From positions 1 through 64,000 of the forward strand of contig NIVC01000673.1 in the NCBI GenBank assembly GCA_002269645.1: a stretch of 64,000 nucleotides of DNA. Direction: 5' to 3'. Source of the DNA: Macrostomum lignano (lineage: Eukaryota). The position numbers were made by a program, and so were the translations under genes. This document shows, one piece after another, positions 24,755 through 42,399 of the stretch (position 1 is the first letter of the stretch; each line of letters begins with the position of its first letter). Under the pieces are notes generated by a model. That model was given only the letters and a program-made list of their open reading frames with translations. It did not search any database and had not been told where the DNA came from.

Positions 24755-25729
24755 GTATTCCCTGACTAGGCTATAAAGCAGTGCCCTGCTTGTGCTGGAA
24801 ATCAGGGTCAGGAACTGTTGTTTCTTTCTTGTGTTGTTACTATAGTGCCATTGTGTATCATTCTTCTTGCTGAAATTACATCCGCACTTTAAGACTTTAA
24901 TTCAGGACCTCATGGGGGGGGGCGAATCCCGAATGTGCCAGTACTAAGTAGAATACAATCCTCTGTAGTTGTGTACAAATATGAAAATAGCAGTCATTAA
25001 ATCCCTGTGTTTTGCGTCAAAAATAACTGACATATCTTTGATATTTACAAACTATTTTTGCTATGGCGCCCAAATCCAATTAGAATTAAAACCAGAGCAG
25101 ACTCAATTGCCCTCTTCTGTAAGCCCTCTATTGAAGAAGCCAGTTGACACCGGATTTTCAATCTACTACTTACTTATCGTTATCCTTGACGAAGCAATTT
25201 ACATGGTAATATACCAATTTATAAATAATCAATCGCTGCTTACTACTCTAAGTAGACGATATTGGCTTAATTGCTCGAAGTCGTTTCGAAGCAAGACAAA
25301 TTACTAATTACAATTGCTTATTACTGCAAACTGTAATCTTAATTTTAAATCTGCTTGCTTCATCAAAAAGATTTCGATCAGTTTTCAGTCCTGAATAAAC
25401 CATTTAGAATCCAAAAAATTATGCTTAACTACTAAAAAATCGATCGCAGTCAAATTTCTTTTTGATTGAATTCAAGAATGCAACCGCAACCTATCCACTA
25501 ATTGCCAAGGACCACTACGGTAGCATAACAGGACAGGACGTAAAACTCAAAGATCGTGTAACTTTTAGGAGGCCAATTTCCTGGGAAAATACACTGAGGA
25601 AATAGGTAGAATCATTTATTTATCACGAAATCAATGATTGCAAGCATTTGATACGGGCAAGCGAATATGACAATTTCTTTAATTTATCATGCATACCATG
25701 CTACTCTGCTGTATTTTATATATACTCAG

Positions 25730-25798
25730 CAGTCAGCAACAATGAAAAGTCGCCATCACAGAAGATTCCGTCTGTGGTCGCCACTTTTGAGAGTGCAG
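25730..25798 (+). CDS. Candidate upstream exon of the caspase-like gene
   Basis: Acceptor TATACTCAG, donor GCAG|GTAAAC at 25799 in phase 1, matching the phase-1 acceptor TTTTCCCAG|AT at 26467 (G+AT=Asp). Confidence 0.35.
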
Positions 25799-26467
25799 GT
25801 AAACTCTCTCCTCAATCTTTGCGAGCGACGCAACTCGGCTACTCCGCGGCAGACTTGAGTTGAGGAATGAAGTGGGGGGAGCAGTGTGCGAAGGTTGGAC
25901 GGATTAAAGCTACCCCATCAGTTTTCTCAAATCTTTTATTTTAGTTAGAATAGTCCAAAAGAAATTTCTCACTGGCGCATAAAGTGGCGACTTTTCAATG
26001 TTGCTGAGTATAGCTGTGTGTGAAAGTTTCATTGTCTACACTTATTTATAAGAGCTAACTTTGCCAATGGCCCAATATCATTTTCTACAATGTTGTCTTT
26101 AGAAAGCTATCAATTTTTAAGCATGCCAAAATTTTATTACAAATATACTTAATTCAAGAAGGAGCGAAACAAAAATTTCACTTGTGAGTATTTATAACTT
26201 TTGCTTGGGCTTCTGAAATAAAAAGAAAAATAGAAAACAATACATAAATTAACCTTTCACTACACAACTATATAAAGTAATAGTGTCATATTGTGCATGG
26301 TAAATTAAAGAAATGGTAATCTTCACTGCCCAAGATCAAATGCAATCATTGATTTTGTGATGAACCAGGAAATTGGCCTCCTAATAAATTGCACGATCTT
26401 TGAGTTTTACGTACTGTTATACTACAGTGGTCCTTGCTAATTGCTTCTCTTTCTAAACTTTTCCCAG

Positions 26468-28263
26468 ATGTCGCATTGTCCCAGTTTAACAACGGAGATG
26501 AGCAGCACATGAGCCGTCAAAGCGACCAAACTCTCCCCGGAAGCGAGGGCGCGGAGCTGTGCTCGGACCGGTTCGTGGCCGTCTTTGGCCCGCATCAAAA
26601 CCTGGAAGATTTTAAATTTCTCGAGTGCGCCAACGTCAAGGTGGAATGCGCGAAGACCCTTGACAGCTTTCAACGGGCACTTTCGAAGGTTTTGGCCTCT
26701 CTCACTCCCAAGACCGAGCTTTGGTTCTTCCACCTGCTCCTAGTCGACATTAACAACAGCCTGATCATGGATGGCAAAGCTGTGTCCGAAAATGAAGCTT
26801 ATAAACTAATACACAGCATGGATTTAAGTCGAGTGTCAATTTTCCAATTCGTGCTCCGTTTGCCTGTTGAAGTAGCAAAATTCAATGAGGCAGCGCCATT
26901 CTGGAATAAGTCTCCTCTGGAGGCTCGACAGAGGAGGTGTCGCAGCAGGCGTTCCTCAGCCTGCGGTTGTCTGTCTATTTACAATTTTGATATTGAAAAA
27001 GCAGACGACTGGCCCAGTTTGCTCAACACGCTGTCGGATTTGGTCAGCAGAGCGTCAGTAGAGGCTGATTTTACTGACGAAGAAGCCGCTACAGTTCTAA
27101 GTCAAAGTGGCTGTTTAACTCTGCACCAAGAGTCCGGCTGTCCAGATGGAATAACCGTCAAGCAGCTGGAGCCGCTGCAGAGGGGAAATGATTTTCGACT
27201 GCCAGACGAGAGACAACAGCAGCAGCAGCAGCAACAAAATCAGCAGGAGAACCATGATCCGCTTGGTTTCGAACTCAATCAACAGCCAGTGCAAGCGACG
27301 GAATTCACCGACACAACGCAGCAAGTTGGTGAAAGCGAGGGAATCGGTCTCTCAGATCAAGTTTTGCAGCCGCGAGATGACCAAATGGTTCAGTGGGATT
27401 CGTACAGCTCAGTCTTGAGTCCAGTGACGAGCGTGCCTGAATACCATCTGCATCCGGTGCAGTATGCTCGGAAAAAGAACGCCGCTATTGGTCTGGTTAT
27501 TGAAAAGTACAGATTCTCCGTAGACAACAAATATTATGACGACCGTCTATGCGGCAGTAGCGACAGAAAAATAATTATAAATATTTCAGAACGAATTCTG
27601 TGCCGAAAAGACAATATTCATCTGAATTCTGATCACAGTCACGTATCGAAACACTGCATCAGTACATTTATCCAGCACTTTCTAACTACTTACAAGCAAG
27701 AAGAGAATCTTTTGGAATTGCTGCTCGTGTTCGTTTCGGCCCACGGCAGTCAGGAAGGCATCGTCACATCCGCCGGAGAGGAAATACCGTTAAAAGATCT
27801 GCTGCAGCCGCTGCAGCAGGTGGCGAATCATGTCCTCCTATTTTACCAGCCGTGCCGCGGCTCTCTAGAGCACAGTGTCGGCGCGCCCAAAGTTCCGGAT
27901 GTAAGCGGCTTAAGCTTTCCCGGAAAAGACATGGCCGGTTGCTGCCTGCCAGGGAATGGACTGCAGAATGTCTCGGCCATCTTTGCCAGCATGCCGGGCT
28001 ACGTCAGCTATCGAAGCGACAGCGGAAGCCTGATGCTAGTAGCGGTGCGATCGGTTCTTCAGGATGTCGTTGGCAAGAAGATTAGTCAGAAGCAGCTGGC
28101 CCAGCTCACACAGAGAAAGATTCATACCATGTGGCCGGAAGGTCTGCAGACATCTCAGAAATTTGAATATGCGCAGGTTAACTATGCAGTTAGGCAAGTC
28201 TACCAAATCACTGTAGCAGCTGATTTACCTGTTCATCCTGAAGTTGAAGGCACTGTGCCATGA
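26468..28263 (+). CDS. Caspase-family (peptidase C14A-like) protein with long atypical N-terminal region
   Basis: 1.8 kb open frame. LLVFVSAHG (His at 27742) and LFYQPCRG (Cys at 27853) correspond to caspase SHG and QACRG; SAIFASMPGYVSYRSDSGSLML matches the small-subunit xSTxxGYxSxRxxxxGSxFI. Entry is either the acceptor at 26467 or the ATG at 26509. Confidence 0.88.
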
Positions 28264-28527
28264 CCCGATATCTCGAACCGTGTCTACTGTTGGCTCGTAC
28301 ATCGATGGCTCGTACATGTACCTGTTTCTCATGGTTGCCTACCATTGTTGTTTAGGCCAACGGATTAAAAATGTAATATAATGGTTCATAATTTGTCACC
28401 TTTTTGTGCAACAGGTTGCACTCCAATGCCCATCCGATAGGTGCTGTTGCTGTTCCGCTCAATTAAGCAATCAATTTCATTCAATTTTACCGTTTGGGCT
28501 ATGAACTGTCGAGATCTATGAAGTGCT

Positions 28528-28881
28528 CTTTATATATTAGAGGCAGGGTCTGTGGGCACCCTGTTGCACATTAGGTGACATTGTCACAACCAGCGAGTAC
28601 TCGTAGCATTACTGACCATGAGCAGGCACACAAGCGCGCGGATACGTACGCAGTCATTACGCACAGGCAAACACTCACACAGGAATGAACAGCGGCCTTA
28701 ACTTTTTATCGTTAGGCATGTACACTTGACTGTGTCTTGAAGGTTGGTCTTCAAGGGCGTTAATTGCATGAGAAGAGCCAAGCCGAGATTCTAATTTAGC
28801 CCCAAATTAATGTGGCTGCACTTGGAATCGAGCCTGGGCCGCTGGCACGAGAGCGCCGCGCCAGACCGCTAGTACGGCCCC
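28528..28881 (-). mobile_element. tRNA-derived SINE, copy 1 (diverged)
   Basis: Collinear with 61067-61440 and 35503-35840; B box GGCTCGATTCC on the minus strand; no clear TSD. Confidence 0.8.
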
Positions 28882-29185
28882 CTCATGCACTGCATTTATT
28901 CACAGTTTACTACAATCAAATCAACAATAATTTATGGTAACAAAACCTCTGGCTAAACCTTTGGCTAATCGATTCAAGTGCTACCAGTCGTGTCTCATAC
29001 CTGAAGCTAGAGAAAACTCACATAGAAGCTCATAAGTGGATACACTGGAAGCCGCGAATTGAACCAAGTTAAAATCTTCTGTTTCAAGTATCCTTTTGTC
29101 ACTCTAAATGGGGATTTTCACCACTCAATATAGGAATCTGTAGGAATAGGAATAGGTATCTGTGGTCTGCACTAGCTGCTGAAAT

Positions 29186-29227
29186 CACAGATACTATATA
29201 ACTCATATATGTTATATAGTATCTGTG
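29186..29227. mobile_element. 42 bp perfect hairpin / TIR-only element with 7 bp TSD
   Basis: CTGAAAT | CACAGATACTATATAAC-TCATATAT-GTTATATAGTATCTGTG | CTGAAAT; 17 bp perfect inverted repeat; same first 11 nt as the element at 24729. Confidence 0.75.
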
Positions 29228-29525
29228 CTGAAATTCGATTCAAATTTCGTTTTAAGTCTTTTAAATATGGCTGGGCTGTGTCTGTCGGCAAGATGAAAGA
29301 GTAGATAAGTGAATACTACCTGAGAGCTTGTCGGAGGCAATTATCCGATGCGCCTCTGGCTAAAATACGAGCTATAATTATCCGATTATCAAATAGACCG
29401 CTTTACGAGCATACTAGAAATCATGAAGTTGAAAGCAATTATGATATCTACCCCTTAGTCTCTGGCCCCTATACTCATTTTGTATAGGATCATTTAGGAT
29501 CATATTAATTCATTACTCCCATATT

Positions 29526-29680
29526 CGTCTAATAATTCATTATCTCGGCTAATGAAATGATAAATTCATTATCTCCGTCTAATAATTCATTATCTCGGCT
29601 AATGAAATGATAAATTCATTATCTCCGTCTAATAATTCATTATCTCGGCTAATGAAATGATAATTCATTATCTTCGTCTC
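29526..29680. repeat. 50 bp tandem triplication
   Basis: CGTCTAATAATTCATTATCTCGGCTAATGAAATGATAAATTCATTATCTC starts at 29526, 29576 and 29626. Confidence 0.93.
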
Positions 29681-30360
29681 ATGAATGCTCTCACCACCCA
29701 CGCTCTTCCGATGACGAAATTGAATGCACTGTTTGAGCGTCCCCACCTCCACTGACGAACAAGAATGTACTACATGTAACTGTAGGCGGAGGGTGCCGGA
29801 AGACGAAATAGACTTTTGCTGCAATAGAACGAGAGAACCGATAATCGTATACGCATTCTCAGTAGCAGATCCGCACAGGGACTAAAGGGTTAGCTGACTC
29901 CCACCTGAAAAGCATAAAAAATAATCAACCGTGACCTCTTGATAGTTCTATCGCTTAAAATTGGATCCAAAATGCAACTCTTCCGAATCTTGGTTAAAAG
30001 TTGTGGACTGCGGCGAATCCAGGAGAGTCACAGGGGTTATTCATTTTTTAAAAGTACAAGCCAAGTCTAGGTATGTCAACAGAAATTATTGCCATCTCAA
30101 TTCGAAGCATTTGCTTTCGCTTGACGCAATATCATTCGATTCAAGATTTTGCTTTTGAAAGCTCAAAAGATTGTAAAAAATTAACTTAAAGGTCATCACA
30201 TCCTCGGGCTAGTCCACACCGTCATCCAATGAACGATCAAAAGTCACAACGACTGACGCTCAAAAGCTACACAAGTTTTCAAATCTTTTTGAGTATTAAT
30301 TTTGATATCCGACTCAGTTGCTAAGAACCGTTTCGATATTGAGAAGATCGGTCCATGACG

Positions 30361-31113
30361 TCAGTTGAACGGTGACAAGCACTCGGCAAGGGCTCCATCA
30401 AAGGTATACCACGAAGATCTTCCATCATTCAGGCCCGTATAGGCGGCATTTGCGACGACCACATCTTCCAGTCCTCCTGCGTTGTTCGGCTGGTTGAGGT
30501 CCCAGAGGCCGGTGTCGATGGTGGTGTTGCAGCTGGCCCATATCCATCCTCCGGCCGGTTCCTCGCTGCCTGGCAGCTGCCGGCCTCCCAGCAGCACCTT
30601 CGCCAGACCGTCTCGAGCCAAAATTCCTCGAATGTGATGTAGCTCATCATGGTTAGCGCCGTCGGCAAAGATGACGAGGCCCGGTACCGCATCGATGGCA
30701 GCCTTCGCATAGTCCCAGTCCGTGATGTTCGCCATCAGCTTGTACTTGGTGTCGCACAGGTCGTCAGAGAATCCGGCAGGGCACAGAGCTCCGGGCGGTA
30801 GTCCCGGCTGCTGCCTCACGAACACCTGCCCCCTGCGAGTGCAGCCGCAGTCTCCCACGCGCTTACTGCACCTGTTGAAGACAAACAGTTGGCACGGACC
30901 GTCGGCCACGCTGAACGCCTGACAATCAATCTTTAAGTCGCACAGGAAGGCGCATTCCGGAGGCTGCTTCCGTCCTGGGATCGTCTCAACAAACTGTGGC
31001 CTGATGCACAGTGGGACAAAGACTCGATGGTACTTTCTGGGTGTCCTGCAAGCCATCGCATGGAATGTGAAGCAGCCTAGTAGTAGACAGGCAATGCTCA
31101 GGCACGATGGCAT
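30361..31113 (-). CDS. Secreted PAN/apple-like + C-type lectin domain protein, 250 aa, single exon
   Basis: Signal peptide MPSCLSIACLLLGCFTFHAMA; CAFLCDLKIDCQAFSVADGPCQL (PAN-like); CPAGF..YKL..DWDYAK, LLGGRQ..GGWIW, WDLNQPNN..EDV, LND (CTLD). Confidence 0.85.
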   Translation of the reverse strand: MPSCLSIACLLLGCFTFHAMACRTPRKYHRVFVPLCIRPQFVETIPGRKQPPECAFLCDLKIDCQAFSVADGPCQLFVFNRCSKRVGDCGCTRRGQVFVRQQPGLPPGALCPAGFSDDLCDTKYKLMANITDWDYAKAAIDAVPGLVIFADGANHDELHHIRGILARDGLAKVLLGGRQLPGSEEPAGGWIWASCNTTIDTGLWDLNQPNNAGGLEDVVVANAAYTGLNDGRSSWYTFDGALAECLSPFN

Positions 31114-31646
31114 TGTCGCACTGGCTTCAATAGACGATTACCAGTGAGCTTCGTTCAAGACTGGCTTTCTCAGTCCATATTTATGCATTTTTAAGTCCTT
31201 TCTTCTGTCTATTTAGTATTTAGAAAGCGAAACCTCGGTTCCATTTTTCCACTAGTTGTGCCTTGCCTGTTGTAGCAGGCATACTTTTTTATACGAAAAA
31301 TCAGCTTAGCTCGACGACGACAAAAATCCACAAAAGCTCACGAGACAAAAGCAGTCACGGAGTCCTGTGCAAGTGTAGAGTTCAATGCACTAGAAGAATG
31401 GATGAAGCTGGAACGAGTTTTTCGGGTCGAAGAATAGAATTGTCACCGGTATGCAAAATAACGATTTATGTTGTTTTTATGCATTTTGGATTTTCCAAGC
31501 CCTCAATCGACAACTGAATATTTTCAAGAGTTAAAGCAATTAATGCTTGCAATGTTACTACCACAGTCTACACATGCTATTCTTCATAGTATGTAAGTGC
31601 CTCTAAGGCTGAAACGATAAAGTCATTCTCGTATAAGGTAGTGACA

Positions 31647-31667
31647 GTCTCTGTCTGTCTGTCTGTC

Positions 31668-31717
<50 letters not shown>

Positions 31718-31733
31718 TGTCTGTCTGTCTGTC

Positions 31734-31801
<68 letters not shown>

Positions 31802-31827
31802 TGTCTGTCTGTGTGTGTGTGTGTGTG

Positions 31828-31866
<39 letters not shown>

Positions 31867-31867
31867 G

Positions 31868-31904
<37 letters not shown>

Positions 31905-31915
31905 GGCTGTCTGTC

Positions 31916-31961
<46 letters not shown>

Positions 31962-31977
31962 TGTCTGTCTGTCTGTC

Positions 31978-32043
<66 letters not shown>

Positions 32044-32051
32044 TGTCTGTG

Positions 32052-32116
<65 letters not shown>

Positions 32117-32119
32117 GGC

Positions 32120-32182
<63 letters not shown>

Positions 32183-32199
32183 GTGTCTGTCTGTCTGTG

Positions 32200-32254
<55 letters not shown>

Positions 32255-32301
32255 GTCTGTGTCTGTCTGTCTGTATTAGTGTCTGTCTGTCTGTCTGTCT
32301 G
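31647..32301. repeat. Compound (GT)n/(GTCT)n microsatellite
   Basis: Alternating di- and tetranucleotide tracts. Confidence 0.99.
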
Positions 32302-32573
32302 CATATTTACAGCCAATTAAAATAGAAAGCAATTCAATAACAAACTTTTGGAGTCTGAAGTATGCACTGAATATCTAAATACTCGTAGAACATCATAATT
32401 ATCATAAACACTATCATAGGTGCCTCCCTCACAAGATTATAGCAGTTCGCATAGGTCCGTGAACTACCAAACTATTCGCGGTGAAAGTACGGAACTTATC
32501 TAACTAATCACTGAAAATTAGCGGTCAAAATCATGACATCGGCCGTCATTTTCCACCGCCGCCGAACTGCTGC

Positions 32574-38075
<5,502 letters not shown>

Positions 38076-38215
38076 GGCAACAGCGACTTCGGCTTCGGAT
38101 TTTGACTGCTAATGGAAGATTAAAGTAAATATTTGTTTAAGTAGCCTTTAAGTAGTTTAAGTAGTTTTTGTTTGAAAATAAAATTATCAGTCTTTGTTTG
38201 AAATGAGAGACAGTC

Positions 38216-39033
38216 CTTGTTTGAATCTGGAATCAGAGTCCTTGTTTGAATCTGGAATCAGAGTCTTTGTTTGAATCTGGAATCAGAGTCTTTGTTTGAA
38301 TCTGGAATCAGAGTCTTTGTTTGAATCTGGAATCAGAGTCTTTGTTTGAATCTGGTATCAGAGTCTTTGTTTGAATCTGGTATCAGAGTCTTTGTTTGAA
38401 TCTGGTATCAGAGTCTTTGTTTGAATCTGGAATCAGAGTCTTTGTTTGAATCTGGAATCAGAGTCTTTGTTTGAATCTGGAATCAGAGTCTTTGTTTGAA
38501 TCTGGAATCAGAGTCTTTGTTTGAATCTGGAATCAGAGTCTTTGTTTGAATCTGGAATCAGAGTCTTTGTTTGAATCTGGAATCAGAGTCTTTGTTTGAA
38601 TCTGGTATCAGAGTCTTTGTTTGAATCTGGTATCAGAGTCTTTGTTTGAATCTGGAATCAGAGTCTTTGTTTGAATCTGGAATCAGAGTCTTTGTTTGAA
38701 TCTGGAATCAGAGTCTATGTTTGAATCTGGTATCAGAGTCTTTGTTTGAATCTGGAATCAGAGTCTTTGTTTGAATCTGGAATCAGAGTCTGTGTTTGAA
38801 TCTGGAATCAGAGTATTTGTTTGAATCTGGAATCAGAGTCTGTGTTTGAATCTGGAATCAGAGTCTTTGTTTGAATCTGGAATCAGAGTCTTTATTTGAA
38901 TCTGGAATCAGAGTCTATGTTTGAATCTGGAATCAGAGTCTTTGTTTGAATCTGGAATCAGAGTCTTTGTTTGAATCTGGAATCAGAGTCTTTGTTTGAA
39001 TCTGGAATCAGAGTCTTTGTTTGAATCTGGAAT
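38216..39033. repeat. 25 bp minisatellite (TTTGTTTGAATCTGGAATCAGAGTC)
   Basis: About 32 units. Confidence 0.99.
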
Positions 39034-39738
39034 CCGAATCTTCATTTGAGAGAGAAATGAAGCACTGAAATTAGTTGTGCTGTTTTGTAGGCAAATGAAA
39101 CACAATGCCAGCAGTTATTGCTGTAAAAATATTCACCCGCTGCTAAAAGTACACAGAATTTAATTGATTTCGAAGGCAGAAATTTTCCTGTTATTTCAAA
39201 TTAGGGAGGAAGCACCTGTTTGAATGACAGAGAAGTGTCCAATATTTAGAAAAAATAAAAGATGAAACAATCTGAAAAAAACGTAAGTATCTCTTCTACC
39301 TAAAAATTGAATAATCTGTTTAATCGACTCGTCATAGCTGATGAAAACAAAAAATGTGCCAACAAAAACACCTGAAGAGGAGAGAGGCGCTGCACTGGCA
39401 CGGAATTGAAGTCGAGGAAGCTGCGAGCAGAAGTGACTCTGAAAAAATGGATTTCAGTCATGGAAAAGCCACCTTCCACAGCTAATTGATGGGCTGTGAA
39501 GCGGGGCAAGGCAAATTACAGGGGCAGAGCGGAAGGCCAGTGGGGAGATATTGATTGGGCCTCGGCTGAACAATAATCGTGCCAAAGGAACAGGAGACTT
39601 GAGAGAAAAAAGTTACTTTTTACAACTGTCATAAAATTTTTACTAGCTAGCTTAACTCAACTAAAAGTACCAAGTTCAAAAGTCCTTGGAGCTCTATACT
39701 ATTATTTCCAGCTAATAGCTTTCAATGTCAGCTGGGAC

Positions 39739-39903
39739 TAGGGGTGTTCGGGTTTCCATTTTTTTACCCGAAGCTCTAACCCTGAACCCCGAACCCGACC
39801 CGAACACCCTACCCGAACCCGAACCCGACCCGAACACCCTACCCGAACCCGAACCCGACCCGGACCCAAAACCCGACCCGACCCCGAACCCCGGACACCC
39901 CTA
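39739..39903. mobile_element. hAT-like MITE, 165 bp
   Basis: Termini TAGGGGTGT(T)CGG / CCGGACACCCCTA, internal CCCGAA/CCCGAC repeats, flanks GCTGGGAC / GTTGGGAC (8 bp TSD, 1 mismatch). Confidence 0.75.
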
Positions 39904-39922
39904 GTTGGGACTGACGTGTGAT

Positions 39923-41795
39923 AGATTAGCAATCCATTCTATTCCTTCATCAGTGATGCTGGCTAGATTAGCAATCCATTCTATTCCTTCATCAGTGATG
40001 TTGGCTAGATTAGCAATCCATTCTATTCCTTCATCTGTGATGTTGGCTAGATTAGCAATCCATTCTATTCCTTCATCGGTGATGCTGGCTAGATTAGCAA
40101 TCCATTCTATTCCTTCATCTGTGATGTTGGCTAGATTAGCAATCCATTCTATTCCTTCATCAGTGATGTTGGCTAGATTAGCAATCCATTCTATTCCTTC
40201 ATCAGTGATGCTGGCTAGATTAGCAATCCATTCTATTCCTTCATCAGTGATGCTGGCTAGATTAGCAATCCATTCTATTCCTTCATCAGTGATGTTGGCT
40301 AGATTAGCAATCCATTCTATTTCTTCATCAGTGATGTTGGCTAGATTAGCAATCCATTCTATTCCTTCATCAGTGATGTTGGCTAGATTAGCAATCCATT
40401 CTATTCCTTCATCAGTGATGCTGGCCAGATTAGCAATCCATTCTATTCCTTCATCAGTGATGCTGGCCAGATTAGCAATCCATTCTATTCCTGCATCAGT
40501 GATGTTGGCTAGATTAGCAATCCATTCTATTCCTTCATCAGTGATGTTGGCTAGATTAGCAATCCATTCTATTCCTTCATCATTGATGCTGGCTAGATTA
40601 GCAATCCACTCTATTCCTTCATCAGTGATGCTGGCTAGATTAGCAATCCATTCTATTCCTTCATCAGTGATGTTGGCTAGATTAGCAATCCATTCTATTC
40701 CTTCATCAGTGATGTTGGCTAGATTAGCAATCCATTCTATTCCTTCATCTGTGATGTTGGCTAGATTAGCAATCCATTCTATTCCTTCATCAGTGATGTT
40801 GGCTAGATTAGCAATCCACTCTATTCCTTCATCAGTGATGCTGGCTAGATTAGCAATCCATTCTATTCCTTCATCAGTGATGTTGGCTAGATTAGCAATC
40901 CATTCTATTCCTTCATCAGTGATGTTGGCTAGATTAGCAATCCATTCTATTCCTTCATCAGTGATGCTGGCTTGATTAGCAATCCATTCTATTCCTTCAT
41001 CAGTGATGCTGGCTAGATTAGCAATCCATTCTATTCCTTCATCAGTGATGCTGGCTAGATTAGCAATCCATTCTATTCCTTCATCAGTGATGCTGGCTAG
41101 ATTAGCAATCCATTCTATTCCTTCATCAGTGATGTTGGCTAGATTAGCAATCCATTCTATTCCTTCATCAGTGATGCTGGCTAGATTAGCAATCCATTCT
41201 ATTCCTTCATCAGTGATGCTGGCCAGATTAGCAATCCATTCTATTCCTTCATCAGTGATGCTGGCTAGATTAGCAATCCATTCTATTCCTTCATCAGTGA
41301 TGTTGGCTAGATTAGCAATCCATTCTATTCCTTCATCAGTGATGCTGGCTAGATTAGCAATCCACTCTATTCCTTCATCAGTGATGCTGGCCAGATTAGC
41401 AATCCATTCTATTCCTTCATCAGTGATGCTGGCCAGATTAGCAATCCATTCTATTCCTGCATCAGTGATGTTGGCTAGATTAGCAATCCATTCTATTCCT
41501 TCATCAGTGATGTTGGCTAGATTAGCAATCCATTCTATTCCTTCATCAGTGATGTTGGCTAGATTAGCAATCCATTCTATTCCTTCATCAGTGATGCTGG
41601 CTTGATTAGCAATCCATTCTATTCCTTCATCAGTGATGCTGGCTAGATTAGCAATCCATTCTATTCCTTCATCAGTGATGCTGGCTAGATTAGCAATCCA
41701 TTCTATTCCTTCATCAGTGATGTTGGCTAGATTAGCAATCCATTCTATTCCTTCATCAGTGATGCTGGCTAGATTAGCAATCCATTCTATTCCTG
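39923..41795. repeat. 42 bp minisatellite (GGCTAGATTAGCAATCCATTCTATTCCTTCATCAGTGATGYT)
   Basis: About 44 units; 14-aa periodic ORFs. Confidence 0.99.
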
Positions 41796-42399
41796 CAGTC
41801 TATCTAAACAAAGACAGCAAGAAAGTTCTCGGCAGGAAATGCAATTTCGAACTTATTTTCTGCTTTCTAAATCTCAGTTGAGCTCACTTAGTTGGGAAGC
41901 CCTCGACGACTCGCAGAGGTGGGCGGGGTTGCGAATGCAGTGGGGCTTACAAATAATGGATTTTTCTCTTGAATTTTTCTCTCTTTGAAGCCTGTTAAGT
42001 GCATGCCTGTGAAAACTGGATTCATCTGGTCCTCCCCTATTCCTTTTTGACGTAGTTAAAAAAATATGCGCTCGTTAATACGCTGTGATTGATAAATAAG
42101 CTGAGTGCCGGATGAGCTGCGAGCAATGCTATTGTTATCGCTGGGAATTTCGGCCTGGCAGCAGTGCTCTGCATGAGGGATCCTGAATGAGGCTGATTGT
42201 ACGGCGTCTCGACTGGGAGAGAGGAGAGAGATGAGATTAATGTGCTAGAGAGAAACGGTGAGACGGTAGAGGGGGATTAGAGAGTAGAGGGTAGAGAGGT
42301 CAATGGTGGAGATGATAGAGAGTAGATGGGAGGTGAGAGGTGGGTAGAGATAGGTACCTGATAGATAGATAGGAAGGAGGAGCGAGAGAGAGTAGAAGG

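Noticed and set aside
39905-41881. LARLAIHSIPSSVM repeat ORFs
   Set aside because: Translation of the 42 bp minisatellite; variants include stops; no unique coding flanks.
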